Of a stretch of 42,958 nucleotides of DNA, positions 18,872-27,684 are shown piece after piece. The notes beneath the pieces were generated by a model, which made no database searches, had not been told where the DNA came from, and saw only the letters and a list, made by a program, of their open reading frames with translations. Location of the stretch: IMG/VR virus record IMGVR_UViG_3300012936_006732, positions 1 to 42,958 of that record. One strand, written 5' to 3'. This DNA is from a virus. Its lineage: Duplodnaviria; Caudoviricetes. The position numbers and the translations under genes are program-made. Numbering within the stretch: the stretch's first letter is position 1; every line of letters starts with the position of its first letter.

Positions 18872-19049
18872 TTAGTGACTCAAAAGCTTCTTTTATTGCC
18901 AGTAAATGTTCCTTTTCTAGAAGAACTTTGTTTCCAAAGTCATCGGTAAGCTCATAATGGTCAGCTTTTTCTTTAGACTTTTTTAACGAGGGACATCTAC
19001 CCTTCCCACAGCACAGTAATACAGAAGAGCCTTGTTTTATAGTATTCAT
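18861..19049 (-). CDS. Small Cys-containing hypothetical protein
   Basis: LLCCGKGRCP, preceded by the GTGTA motif. Confidence 0.65.
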   Translation of the reverse strand: MNTIKQGSSVLLCCGKGRCPSLKKSKEKADHYELTDDFGNKVLLEKEHLLAIKEAFESLNDN

Positions 19050-19058
19050 AATATATTA

Positions 19059-19063
19059 TACAC
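19059..19063 (-). promoter_or_regulatory. GTGTA motif (putative late promoter)
   Basis: GTGTA-9 nt-ATG(19049). Confidence 0.55.
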
Positions 19064-19066
19064 AGA

Positions 19067-19240
19067 TTATTTTGTTTTTTTAGCTACATGCTCCCCAACA
19101 TTTCCCGCCGCATAAAGGCCAAAAATCCATTTTATAAAATCACCCCATTCCTGGAATGTTGCCATATTAATGAATAAACATCCAGTTGCTATTACGAAAC
19201 AAACAGTTGCACACAATAATTTTCGACTCTTTAAACTCAT
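19067..19240 (-). CDS. 57-aa 2-TM holin-like membrane protein (not in the ORF track)
   Basis: MSLKSRKLLCATVCFVIATGCLFINMATFQEWGDFIKWIFGLYAAGNVGEHVAKKTK*, with a GTGTA motif upstream. Confidence 0.65.
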   Translation of the reverse strand: MSLKSRKLLCATVCFVIATGCLFINMATFQEWGDFIKWIFGLYAAGNVGEHVAKKTK

Positions 19241-19249
19241 ATTTTATAT

Positions 19250-19254
19250 TACAC
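19250..19254 (-). promoter_or_regulatory. GTGTA motif (putative late promoter)
   Basis: GTGTA-9 nt-ATG(19240), abutting the U-tract of the nrdB terminator. Confidence 0.55.
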
Positions 19255-19282
19255 AAAAAAATAGCCCCATGTGGGGCTATTT
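19255..19282 (-). terminator. Intrinsic terminator downstream of nrdB
   Basis: Minus strand AAATAGCCCC-ACAT-GGGGCTATTT continuing into a T run. Confidence 0.8.
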
Positions 19283-19310
19283 CTATAATATCTATTAATC
19301 TATTAACCTA

Positions 19311-20324
19311 CTAAAAGTCATCTTCCAAGGATCCTGCTTGTTGATACTCTCTGACCCTTCTTTCAAAGAAATTTCCCATTGCTTGAACATCAACCACTTC
19401 ACCGAGCCAAGGGAAAGGATTGTTGTCACTAGGGAATCTGTAATCTAGCCCTATTGACTCTAGCCTGCGATTTCCAATGTAATGCATGTACTCAATAAAC
19501 ATATCTGAGTTTAATCCAAGAATACCGGTGGGCAATACATCTTTTGCATACGCTATTTCTAACTCAACTGCTTTTTTAATATGTTCTACAAATTCATCTT
19601 GAATTTTCTTTGTCCATATAGATGGGTTTTGCTCGATTAAAGTATTAATCAAATATACTCCAAATGAAATATGAGAGCTCTCATCTCGTAGGGTATATTT
19701 TATTTGATCAGAAATTCCTTGAAGTTTATTTTGACGCCCCAGGGCGAGAAGCATTGCGAAGCCACTAAAAAAGAAAGTTCCTTCACATACAATCCAGTAA
19801 GTTAGAAAGTTTCTTAAAATTTCTTGTTTACCCTCTTTAGAATGCGCGTTAAAGTCTTGTCTACTAATATCGTTTGTGATTCCCATAAGAAAATCATCCT
19901 TAGCTTTAATACTTGGAATATTTTCGTAAGCCGCAAATACTTCGTCAATATCTAAATCCAGACTATCACAGATATAAACTACCGTAAGATTGTGAAGGCT
20001 TTCTTCAAATGCTTGACGCAATATGTACTGGCGACATTCAGCATCCGTAACATACCGAAAAGCAGACAGCAGCAAATTATTACCGACCAAAGACTCGCTG
20101 CCAGCAAAAAATCCAAGACAGCGTTTAACAAGTAGCTTTTCATCTTCTGATATTTCATCATTTTTCCATTGTTTTATATCATTTTGCATGGATATTTCTG
20201 TCGGCATCCAATTGTTTGCGCAACTCTTTAAGAATAAATCCCAAGCAAATTTATGTTTATGTGGCAAAATTCTATTGACACCCGCGATATTTTTAGTTAA
20301 AAGTTCTCCTGTTTTATTTTCCAT
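19311..20324 (-). CDS. nrdB: Ribonucleotide reductase beta subunit, class Ic (R2c)-like
   Basis: WMPTEI, FFAGSESLVGNN, EESLH, EGTFFFSGF, RDESSH, NFFERRV.EY. Glu at ligand 1 and Val at the radical-Tyr position. Confidence 0.92.
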   Translation of the reverse strand: MENKTGELLTKNIAGVNRILPHKHKFAWDLFLKSCANNWMPTEISMQNDIKQWKNDEISEDEKLLVKRCLGFFAGSESLVGNNLLLSAFRYVTDAECRQYILRQAFEESLHNLTVVYICDSLDLDIDEVFAAYENIPSIKAKDDFLMGITNDISRQDFNAHSKEGKQEILRNFLTYWIVCEGTFFFSGFAMLLALGRQNKLQGISDQIKYTLRDESSHISFGVYLINTLIEQNPSIWTKKIQDEFVEHIKKAVELEIAYAKDVLPTGILGLNSDMFIEYMHYIGNRRLESIGLDYRFPSDNNPFPWLGEVVDVQAMGNFFERRVREYQQAGSLEDDF

Positions 20325-20330
20325 GATAAT

Positions 20331-20359
20331 AGTATAGCATATATAACGAATAAAGTCAA
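20331..20359 (-). promoter_or_regulatory. sigma70-type promoter; predicts leaderless nrdB mRNA
   Basis: TTGACT-17 nt-TATACT (TGn extended), then 6 nt to ATG 20324. Confidence 0.8.
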
Positions 20360-20376
20360 GATTAAGTTCTTATTAT

Positions 20377-20637
20377 TTACTCCTTAATTGATATTTTTTC
20401 TAATACAGAAATATATTTGTCAAGATCTATGGCAACGACTATTGTTTTTTCTGTTTCAGGGTTTAGTGATAAATATTTTTTTCCTCGATCAATAAGTTCG
20501 TTTATTGTAGATACATATATACATTCAATTCTTTTTACAAGATGAGGAAGTTCAGACTTTTCTCTCATATCTACCTCCATTAAGTAAAGCCTTTTTCTTA
20601 GCTCATTAAATGCGTCAAGATGTTTTTGCCTATGCAT
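20377..20637 (-). CDS. Hypothetical protein between nrdA and nrdB
   Basis: The TAATG overlap with the nrdA stop suggests the start is 20637. Confidence 0.6.
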   Translation of the reverse strand: MHRQKHLDAFNELRKRLYLMEVDMREKSELPHLVKRIECIYVSTINELIDRGKKYLSLNPETEKTIVVAIDLDKYISVLEKISIKE

Positions 20638-23093
20638 TACTGGCAACTTTCGCATTCTTCGCCATTTCTCATGGCCTCAATACTGCAGGCGGAAGGCTCT
20701 TTCTTCGCGCCTTCAGAGTTAGACTTTTCAACCTTAGAGGCGGCTCTATTTCTTAAATAATAAGTTGTCTTAAGGCCTGCCTCCCAGCAGGCCATATACA
20801 TATCATTCAAATACTTAAGCGATGTCCCGCTATTATATAAATTAAAACTAATCGATTGATCCATCCATTTTTGCCTAGCCGCATTAGCTTCAATTAGACG
20901 AAACATGTCTCTATCAAAAGCCGTTTTGTACTTATCCTTAAGGTCTTCAGGAATTGATCCATTTAGCAAAGACAAGTCTCCGTCAGCCTCTTTGACCAAT
21001 GAAGCTATTTCACTATTCCACAACCCTCTTGATTTCATATCATTAATAAAGTGCTCGTTAGTAATGAAGAAATTTCCGCTTTTATTTTCATATACAAATA
21101 ATACAGAAAAATTAGGCTCTATGCTTTGCTCGATTCCATTAATGTAGCCAATAGTTGCAGTTGGGGCGATAGCCATTACATTAGAATTTCGCATGCCATG
21201 TTCACCAACATGAATTCTAACTTTTTTCCAATCTTCTAGCGTTTGACCTTTTCCAGTTAAGGGTTTACCCGTTACCGATTCATTTGGCACTTCTTGCTTT
21301 CCTTTATATACCATTAAGTTATTATATGAGTCTATAGGGAAGACGCCCTGACTCCATAAAGATCCTTGATATGTCTCATAAGAACCTCTTTCTTCTGCAA
21401 GCATAGAGCTTGCATAAATTGCATGAAGAGAATAAAATTCAAATAACTTATCGCTAAACTCAATAGCTTCTTGACTATCGATTTTTATATTTTTTACATG
21501 AAGAATATCATGCAAACCCATGAGTCCAAGTCCTATAGGCCTATTCCTTAAATTAGATTTTGACGCCTCAAGGGTTGGATAAAAATTTAAATCAATGACA
21601 TTGTCAAGCATTCTTATTGCAGTATGAATTGTTTTCTCCAACTTAATGTAATCAATATCATCCCCGTCTTCGTTTAGATGATTTAATAGGTTAACCGAGC
21701 CAAGATTACATACCGCAGTCTCTCCGACCTCAGTTTTTTCTCCTTTGTCGTATTTCGATGCTTTGGTATGTAGTGTGATTTCTGTGCATAAATTACTGCT
21801 GTGAACTATACCTTCGTGCTGATTGGTATATCTAATATTGCATGGATCCTTAAAAGTATTCCATGGATGAGAAGTTTCAAATAATACCTTGAGCATTTTT
21901 TTCCAAAGCTCTTTTGCTGTGGTTATTCTATAATTTTTTATTAAACCTTCTTCGGCTTTGTCGCAAAGCTCATTGTACTTTTTATCAAATTCTTCTCCAA
22001 ATAAATCATGCAATTCAGATTCTTTTGGGTCGAAGAAATACCAAACATCTTCATTTTTAACTCTTCTCATGAATTCATCGGGAATCCATGAAGCGGTATT
22101 CATATCATGACACCTTAATCGATCATCGCCAGTATTTCTTCTGAGATTCAGAAAATCCTCAAAGTCTAAATGCCAAGGTTCGAGATACGCGCATCCTGCT
22201 CCTGGCCTTTTACCCCCTTGGTTCACTGCAACCAAAAGATCGTTATAAATCTTGAGCCAAGGTACCAGCCCACTAGAGATTCCATTTGTTCCCTGAATAT
22301 GAGAACCTGTTGACCTAAAAGGCGTTACATCAAGACCTAAGCCTCCAGCATATTTTGACTTTCTAGCTTCCTGCCAGGCTCCATCAAAAATTCCATCGAT
22401 ACTATCGTCAAATGTATTAAGATAACAAGAGCTTAATTGAGACCTAACGGTTCCGCTATTAAATAGAGTTGGCGTAGAAGAGGTGTATAAAAACTTACTG
22501 AATAAATTATAAAACTCAATAGCTTTATCCTCTTTATTCTCTTCGTTTATTGCCAAACCCATAGCGACTCTCATCCAAAAAGACTGCGGGGCCTCCATCA
22601 GCTTTCCCTCTTCTCTTATAAAATATCTGTCTGTCAAAATTTGTATCCCGAGATATTTAAACTTTAAATCCCTTCTAATCTTAATCGCATCAGAAAGTTT
22701 GGATAAGTCAAATTCAAGCATTTTTGGACTAAGACGCCCGAGCTTAACAAGCTTTTTGACGCCTTGCACAAAACTTTTCCTGTATTGAAACTTAAATATA
22801 TCTGAGTCTACCCCTTCTTTAAAAACTTCTTTGTATACAGTGTTCAACAAAAGCCTTGCGGCGACGTAACTATAGTTTGGCTCCTTTTCGATTTTTTCTC
22901 TAGCTCCAAGAATAAGAGCAGTATCTATCTCGGCGGTAGTTATTTTATCAAACAACTGAAGCTGTGCGTCTAGAACCACCTCGCTTGCGGAGACATCTGA
23001 TATACCCTCGCATGCGCGCTCTGCATTAGTGTTTATTTTTTCCACCCTGAAATCCTGAAGGCGGCCATTTCTTTTTTTGACTTTTATATCCAT
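20637..23093 (-). CDS. nrdA: Class I ribonucleotide reductase alpha subunit with ATP cone
   Basis: VKKRNG ATP cone, TPTLFNSG, LSSCY, SNLCTEI, VCNLGS, APTAT, KTTYYLR and C-terminal CESCQ. Confidence 0.95.
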   Translation of the reverse strand: MDIKVKKRNGRLQDFRVEKINTNAERACEGISDVSASEVVLDAQLQLFDKITTAEIDTALILGAREKIEKEPNYSYVAARLLLNTVYKEVFKEGVDSDIFKFQYRKSFVQGVKKLVKLGRLSPKMLEFDLSKLSDAIKIRRDLKFKYLGIQILTDRYFIREEGKLMEAPQSFWMRVAMGLAINEENKEDKAIEFYNLFSKFLYTSSTPTLFNSGTVRSQLSSCYLNTFDDSIDGIFDGAWQEARKSKYAGGLGLDVTPFRSTGSHIQGTNGISSGLVPWLKIYNDLLVAVNQGGKRPGAGCAYLEPWHLDFEDFLNLRRNTGDDRLRCHDMNTASWIPDEFMRRVKNEDVWYFFDPKESELHDLFGEEFDKKYNELCDKAEEGLIKNYRITTAKELWKKMLKVLFETSHPWNTFKDPCNIRYTNQHEGIVHSSNLCTEITLHTKASKYDKGEKTEVGETAVCNLGSVNLLNHLNEDGDDIDYIKLEKTIHTAIRMLDNVIDLNFYPTLEASKSNLRNRPIGLGLMGLHDILHVKNIKIDSQEAIEFSDKLFEFYSLHAIYASSMLAEERGSYETYQGSLWSQGVFPIDSYNNLMVYKGKQEVPNESVTGKPLTGKGQTLEDWKKVRIHVGEHGMRNSNVMAIAPTATIGYINGIEQSIEPNFSVLFVYENKSGNFFITNEHFINDMKSRGLWNSEIASLVKEADGDLSLLNGSIPEDLKDKYKTAFDRDMFRLIEANAARQKWMDQSISFNLYNSGTSLKYLNDMYMACWEAGLKTTYYLRNRAASKVEKSNSEGAKKEPSACSIEAMRNGEECESCQ

Positions 23094-23106
23094 AATTGAT
23101 TTTTAA

Positions 23107-23135
23107 ATAATAACATTTTTACTTTTGCATGTCAA
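23107..23135 (-). promoter_or_regulatory. sigma70-type promoter of nrdA
   Basis: TTGACA-17 nt-TATTAT (TGn extended), 13 nt before ATG 23093. Confidence 0.8.
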
Positions 23136-23170
23136 TAATAATACTATCTTGTTAATAAGTTTTTTTGTAC

Positions 23171-23199
23171 TTGACAACAACTTATTTTTATGATAGGAT
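23171..23199 (+). promoter_or_regulatory. sigma70-type promoter divergent from nrdA; predicts leaderless mRNA
   Basis: TTGACA-17 nt-TAGGAT (TGn extended), then 6 nt to ATG 23206. Confidence 0.75.
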
Positions 23200-23205
23200 A
23201 TATGC

Positions 23206-23967
23206 ATGTTAGCGTTATTTAAAAGTCACTATTCTATAGGCAAAAGCATATTAACCCTTGACGATCCAATTACACAGAAAGAAGGAGGATCCGACAGTAT
23301 TTTTGCGATTGCAAAGGAAAATAATTTAAAAACAGTAGTTTTAGTAGAAGACTCTCTCACAGGATTCCTTCAGGCTAAAAAAATATCAGAAAAATATGGA
23401 ATCAATTTAGCTTTCGGATTACGGATCGATATGAAGCAAAACGCAGGCGAAGATCCTAAGGAAGAGGTATCGAGCTCTTCTCACAAAATAATAATTTTTG
23501 CAAAGACCGCAAAAGGGTGCAATATATTAAACAATATCTACAGCGAAGCTTTTACCAAGAAGTTTAATGCGGTAGACGAAAAGCTTTTAAAAAAGTTTTG
23601 GAAAAAGAAAGAGTTGGAGCTAGTTATACCGTTTTATGATTCGTTTATATTCAATAATACAATGAAGTTTTCTAACTGCACTCCGAGCTTTTCTTTTGCA
23701 GAACCATCCTTCATCACAGAGTCGAATGAGCTGCCATTTGACTCCATGCTGCAAGATAGGGTAAAAAAATATGCTGGAGACAATCATAAGATAATTAGGG
23801 CTAAAAGTATTTATTATAAAAACAATAATGACGTGAAAGCATTGCAGACGTATAAATGCATCTGCGGAAGAACTTTTGGAAACAAAACGTTATCGAAACC
23901 CAACCTAGATCACTTTGGAAGCGATCAGTTTAGTTTCGAGAGCTGGAAGAAAAAAAATGAAGTATAA
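23206..23967 (+). CDS. Stand-alone PHP domain of DNA polymerase III alpha (N-terminal part of split DnaE)
   Basis: KSHYSIGKSILT, VVLVEDSLTGF, GINLAFGLRI, IIIFAKTAKGCNIL and IYYK follow the order of DnaE PHP motifs. Confidence 0.75.
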   Translation: MLALFKSHYSIGKSILTLDDPITQKEGGSDSIFAIAKENNLKTVVLVEDSLTGFLQAKKISEKYGINLAFGLRIDMKQNAGEDPKEEVSSSSHKIIIFAKTAKGCNILNNIYSEAFTKKFNAVDEKLLKKFWKKKELELVIPFYDSFIFNNTMKFSNCTPSFSFAEPSFITESNELPFDSMLQDRVKKYAGDNHKIIRAKSIYYKNNNDVKALQTYKCICGRTFGNKTLSKPNLDHFGSDQFSFESWKKKNEV

Positions 23968-24457
23968 TCTACAAGGGCCACAGAAAGCATATATAGGTAA
24001 ATCAAAAATCAAGGGTAGAGGAGTATTCGCCCTGAAGAATATTGATAAAGAGGAGCTAGTAGAGGAGTGCCATTTTATAATGTGTGGAGAATTAAGCGGA
24101 ATTAAAGATAAAAATCTTTTGAGATACGCAAAAAGTTTTGTTTTCAAAGAGGGTCAATCTTCAAAAAAAAATGAAGAAGCCTCAATCAAAACCTCTCTTA
24201 TGCTGGGCCTCGGAGACAAAGAAGTATCTGAGCAGGTTAAGCAGGATTTATTTGACCTTGGTTACGCAGAAGATCTCTCAGATCTTTTTTCTACGCTGGC
24301 AGTGTTAGGTTTTGGAATGATATACAACCACTCAGAACAATACAATCTTGACTTCGAATTAGACTATGAAAACCTATTGGTTAGATATTCTGCAAATAGA
24401 AAAATAGAAAAGGACGAAGAGCTTTTAATTAATTACGGACATTATTACGAACTATAA
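23957..24457 (+). CDS. SET-domain protein (putative lysine methyltransferase)
   Basis: KSKIKGRGVFA..I, IYNHS and IEKDEELLINYG. Start reassigned to 23957. Confidence 0.88.
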   Translation: MKYNLQGPQKAYIGKSKIKGRGVFALKNIDKEELVEECHFIMCGELSGIKDKNLLRYAKSFVFKEGQSSKKNEEASIKTSLMLGLGDKEVSEQVKQDLFDLGYAEDLSDLFSTLAVLGFGMIYNHSEQYNLDFELDYENLLVRYSANRKIEKDEELLINYGHYYEL

Positions 24458-24459
24458 AC

Positions 24460-25104
24460 ATGAAAGAATCATTACTAAGATTTAATAAAAAACAAAAGTA
24501 TTTACTCTTCGATTACGAAACATGTAATTTGAACCTAGTATCAAACAATAAACCATGGCAACTTGCCTTTATGGCAATCGAGGGAGATAAAGTTTTAGAG
24601 CAAAAAGATTACTGGCTAAAATGGGACGAACTAGAGGTGTCTCCAGAAGCCGCAAAAATCACTGGTTTTACAAAGAAGAAATATGAGCAACGGGCATCTT
24701 GCCCAAAAGAGGCCTTGAATCACTTCGAGAGATATTTGTATGACGAAACCTTCATTAAAGTGGGGCATAACCTATTGGGGTTTGATGTATACATGCATGA
24801 TATGCATAGAAAGCTCGCGAACCCCGAAGCAGAGTCAGACTTTAGTTATATTGATCAAGTAATAGATACGCTGTGTTTGGCTAAAGCAGTAAAGAAGAAC
24901 ATAAAAATTACTTCTTCAGAAGAAAGGCTTCCATGGCAATACAGGCTCAACAATTTAATAGAAAGAGGATTAAGTTGCAATTTAAAGCAGTGCTGTAAAG
25001 ATTACGATGTGCCATTCGATGCATCTAAATTACATGACGCCCTTTACGACATTAGAGTAAACTATGAGGTATTTAAAAAAATGCTATGGGAGGTAGAAAT
25101 ATAA
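24460..25104 (+). CDS. DEDDh 3'-5' exonuclease (DnaQ/epsilon-like)
   Basis: FDYET, GHNLLGFD and LHDALYD. Confidence 0.88.
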   Translation: MKESLLRFNKKQKYLLFDYETCNLNLVSNNKPWQLAFMAIEGDKVLEQKDYWLKWDELEVSPEAAKITGFTKKKYEQRASCPKEALNHFERYLYDETFIKVGHNLLGFDVYMHDMHRKLANPEAESDFSYIDQVIDTLCLAKAVKKNIKITSSEERLPWQYRLNNLIERGLSCNLKQCCKDYDVPFDASKLHDALYDIRVNYEVFKKMLWEVEI

Positions 25105-27668
25105 TGGAAGAATTTTTAGATAAGTTTTCAGGCTACAAGGGATGCTGTCCGCCAGGAGTTAGGTTACCAAATATTAAAGTAGAAAAAAAATATTATGAAA
25201 TGCTTGGGGAGAACGAAAACATTTCCAACTATGACTTCTTAAGAAAGCTTTGTCATAAAGGGGTTTACGACAAAGGTATAGATAAATTCAATAACAAAAA
25301 AGATTATTTTGATCGAGCGAAATCCGAACTCGAGATCCTTGAAGACCTTGGATTTACAGATTATATTTTACTTAACTGGGACATACTTAACTTTTGTCAC
25401 GAAAATGATATCCCAACTGGCCCAGGGCGAGGCTCAGCAGCAGGTTCTTTGGTTCTGTATTTAATTGGAGTAACTAATGTAGATCCAGTTAAATATAATT
25501 TATTTTTTGAGCGATTCGTGTCAAAAAGTAGGGCAAGAAAAATAAAAGAAGAAGGAATCACTTATTTAGACGGGAGCTTGCTCGCAGATGTCGATAACGA
25601 TATCGCTTACGAACGAAGAGCGGAGGTCATTAATTACATTGACAAAAAGCATCCTGGCAGAACAGCAAAGATCTTAACTCTAAACACATTAAGCGGAAAG
25701 CTATGTATAAAAGAATGCGGAAAAATAGTAGGTGAGCTAACAGAACAAGATGTCAATCAAGTTAGTGATACAATTCCTAAAAAATTCGGAGTAGTATGCC
25801 CACTTACAGAAGCTATCTCTGAAAGTGAAATGTTTGCTGATTGGGCTGCGAAAAATTCAGATGTATTTAAAATAGCACTAAAACTGGAAGGCTTGAACAA
25901 AAATACCGGAGTCCATCCTAGCGGAATTGCCATATCATTTGATAATATGGCAGACATGTGTCCAGTTCAGAAATCATCAGAAGGAGCATTGGTAACTGGA
26001 TACGACATGAACTGGGTTTCCGAGCTGATGGTTAAATTTGATATTCTTGGCCTAAGAACTCTGAGCGTAATTTATGATGTCTGCAATAGCATTCAAGAGG
26101 ATATTTCTGATTTAGACTTGAATGAACCCTCCACATTTTCGCCTCTGCAGTCTTTAAGATCTCCCCATGGATTATTTCAGCTAGAATCAGACACGAACTT
26201 TAGGGTATGTAAAAAAATAAAACCGAGGAATTTAGAAGAGCTTAGCGCAGTAGTTGCAATTGGAAGACCAGGGGCTCTGGAATTTTTAGATGACTACGCA
26301 AAATATACAGAGACAGAAGAGCCTCAGGTTATTCATGATTTTTTTAGTGACGTACTTGATTACACTGGAGGAATCCCGCTTTATCAAGAGCAGTTGATGC
26401 AAATGGCAGTTAAAATCGGCTTCACACTAGACGAAGCTGAACAGCTAAGGAGAATAGTTGGAAAGAAAAAAGTAGACCAGATGCCAGCATGGAGAGAAAA
26501 AATTAACAATAAAATACAAGAAAATGAACTAGAGCCTGAAATTGGAGATGTGCTCTGGAGCGTAGCAGAAGATAGCGCGAATTATTCTTTTAATAAATCT
26601 CACTCTCTGGCATACGCAACTCTATCCGCATGGACTACATATTTAAAATTTAATTTTCCTCAGCAGTTTTTTGTCTCTCTGCTAAAGATGACCAAGTACG
26701 AACCTTCTCCTCAAGATGAAATATCGAAAATCTCAAAAGAGCTAGGATTTTTTGGCATTAAGCTTTTATCTCCAGATCTCGCAAAATCAAAAATGGATTT
26801 TTCTATAGAGGGAAAAGATATTAGATTTGGATTAAACAGCATAAAAGGAGTCAGTGAGAAATCTTTATCTTCGCTAAGAGATTTTAGATCTAGCGACACT
26901 CCAACAAAATATGATATTTTTCTATCCGCCAAACAGGCAGGGCTAAATATAGGAGTGCTATCCGCCTTGATACAAGCAGGAGCCCTAGAAAGTAAGGGTA
27001 AAAACCGTTCCCTTATGGCACTGGAGGCACAAGCCTTTAACTTGCTCACAGATAGAGAAAAAAGAAATTTTATTCTTCTTGGGGAAAAATATCAATTCAA
27101 GCTACTTAATTGTATTGCCGACGCGAAAAAAGGCCTACTTATCGCAGATGACGGAAGACCACTCATGAAGGATTCTAGATTTAAAACCTTTAAAAAGAAG
27201 TATGACTCATATAAACTAATCTACGACAAAAACAGGCAATATGAGACCTTTGCGAATTGGTACTTCGAGACGCAACTATTAGGATATAGTCATAGTGAAA
27301 AATTAAAAAATTGCTTTCAAGACAAAAACGGGACACTGAAAGACTCTTCGGATCTAATATCTATGGATTTAGATGAAAAAGGTAAATTTATTGGAGTGGT
27401 CGAAGATTGTATAAAGAGAACTTCTAGAAATGGAAACAAGTATATGAAGCTTTCAATTGCAGATGAGTCAGGTAAATACGATGCAATGCTACTAAACTCT
27501 AGAAGGGGTAATTATTATGATAGGTATTTTGATAATGAATCAAATAAAACCCCATCAAAAAAGAATATTGTTGTTGCGTATGGAAGAAAAAGTGAGGATA
27601 TAATTTTTCTAGATTCTGTAAAAATAATGGACGAAAAAATATATATGAAGATGTCAGAAGTAAAATAA
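25104..27668 (+). CDS. dnaE: DNA polymerase III alpha catalytic part (family C), lacking PHP
   Basis: GPGRGSAAGS, FFERF, ADVDND, HPSG, KFDILGL, YQEQLM, YSFNKSH and a C-terminal OB fold. TAATG overlap start. Confidence 0.93.
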   Translation: MEEFLDKFSGYKGCCPPGVRLPNIKVEKKYYEMLGENENISNYDFLRKLCHKGVYDKGIDKFNNKKDYFDRAKSELEILEDLGFTDYILLNWDILNFCHENDIPTGPGRGSAAGSLVLYLIGVTNVDPVKYNLFFERFVSKSRARKIKEEGITYLDGSLLADVDNDIAYERRAEVINYIDKKHPGRTAKILTLNTLSGKLCIKECGKIVGELTEQDVNQVSDTIPKKFGVVCPLTEAISESEMFADWAAKNSDVFKIALKLEGLNKNTGVHPSGIAISFDNMADMCPVQKSSEGALVTGYDMNWVSELMVKFDILGLRTLSVIYDVCNSIQEDISDLDLNEPSTFSPLQSLRSPHGLFQLESDTNFRVCKKIKPRNLEELSAVVAIGRPGALEFLDDYAKYTETEEPQVIHDFFSDVLDYTGGIPLYQEQLMQMAVKIGFTLDEAEQLRRIVGKKKVDQMPAWREKINNKIQENELEPEIGDVLWSVAEDSANYSFNKSHSLAYATLSAWTTYLKFNFPQQFFVSLLKMTKYEPSPQDEISKISKELGFFGIKLLSPDLAKSKMDFSIEGKDIRFGLNSIKGVSEKSLSSLRDFRSSDTPTKYDIFLSAKQAGLNIGVLSALIQAGALESKGKNRSLMALEAQAFNLLTDREKRNFILLGEKYQFKLLNCIADAKKGLLIADDGRPLMKDSRFKTFKKKYDSYKLIYDKNRQYETFANWYFETQLLGYSHSEKLKNCFQDKNGTLKDSSDLISMDLDEKGKFIGVVEDCIKRTSRNGNKYMKLSIADESGKYDAMLLNSRRGNYYDRYFDNESNKTPSKKNIVVAYGRKSEDIIFLDSVKIMDEKIYMKMSEVK

Positions 27669-27669
27669 G

Positions 27670-27674
27670 GTGTA
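27670..27674 (+). promoter_or_regulatory. GTGTA motif (putative late promoter)
   Basis: GTGTA-10 nt-ATG(27685). Confidence 0.5.
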
Positions 27675-27684
27675 AATTATGATA

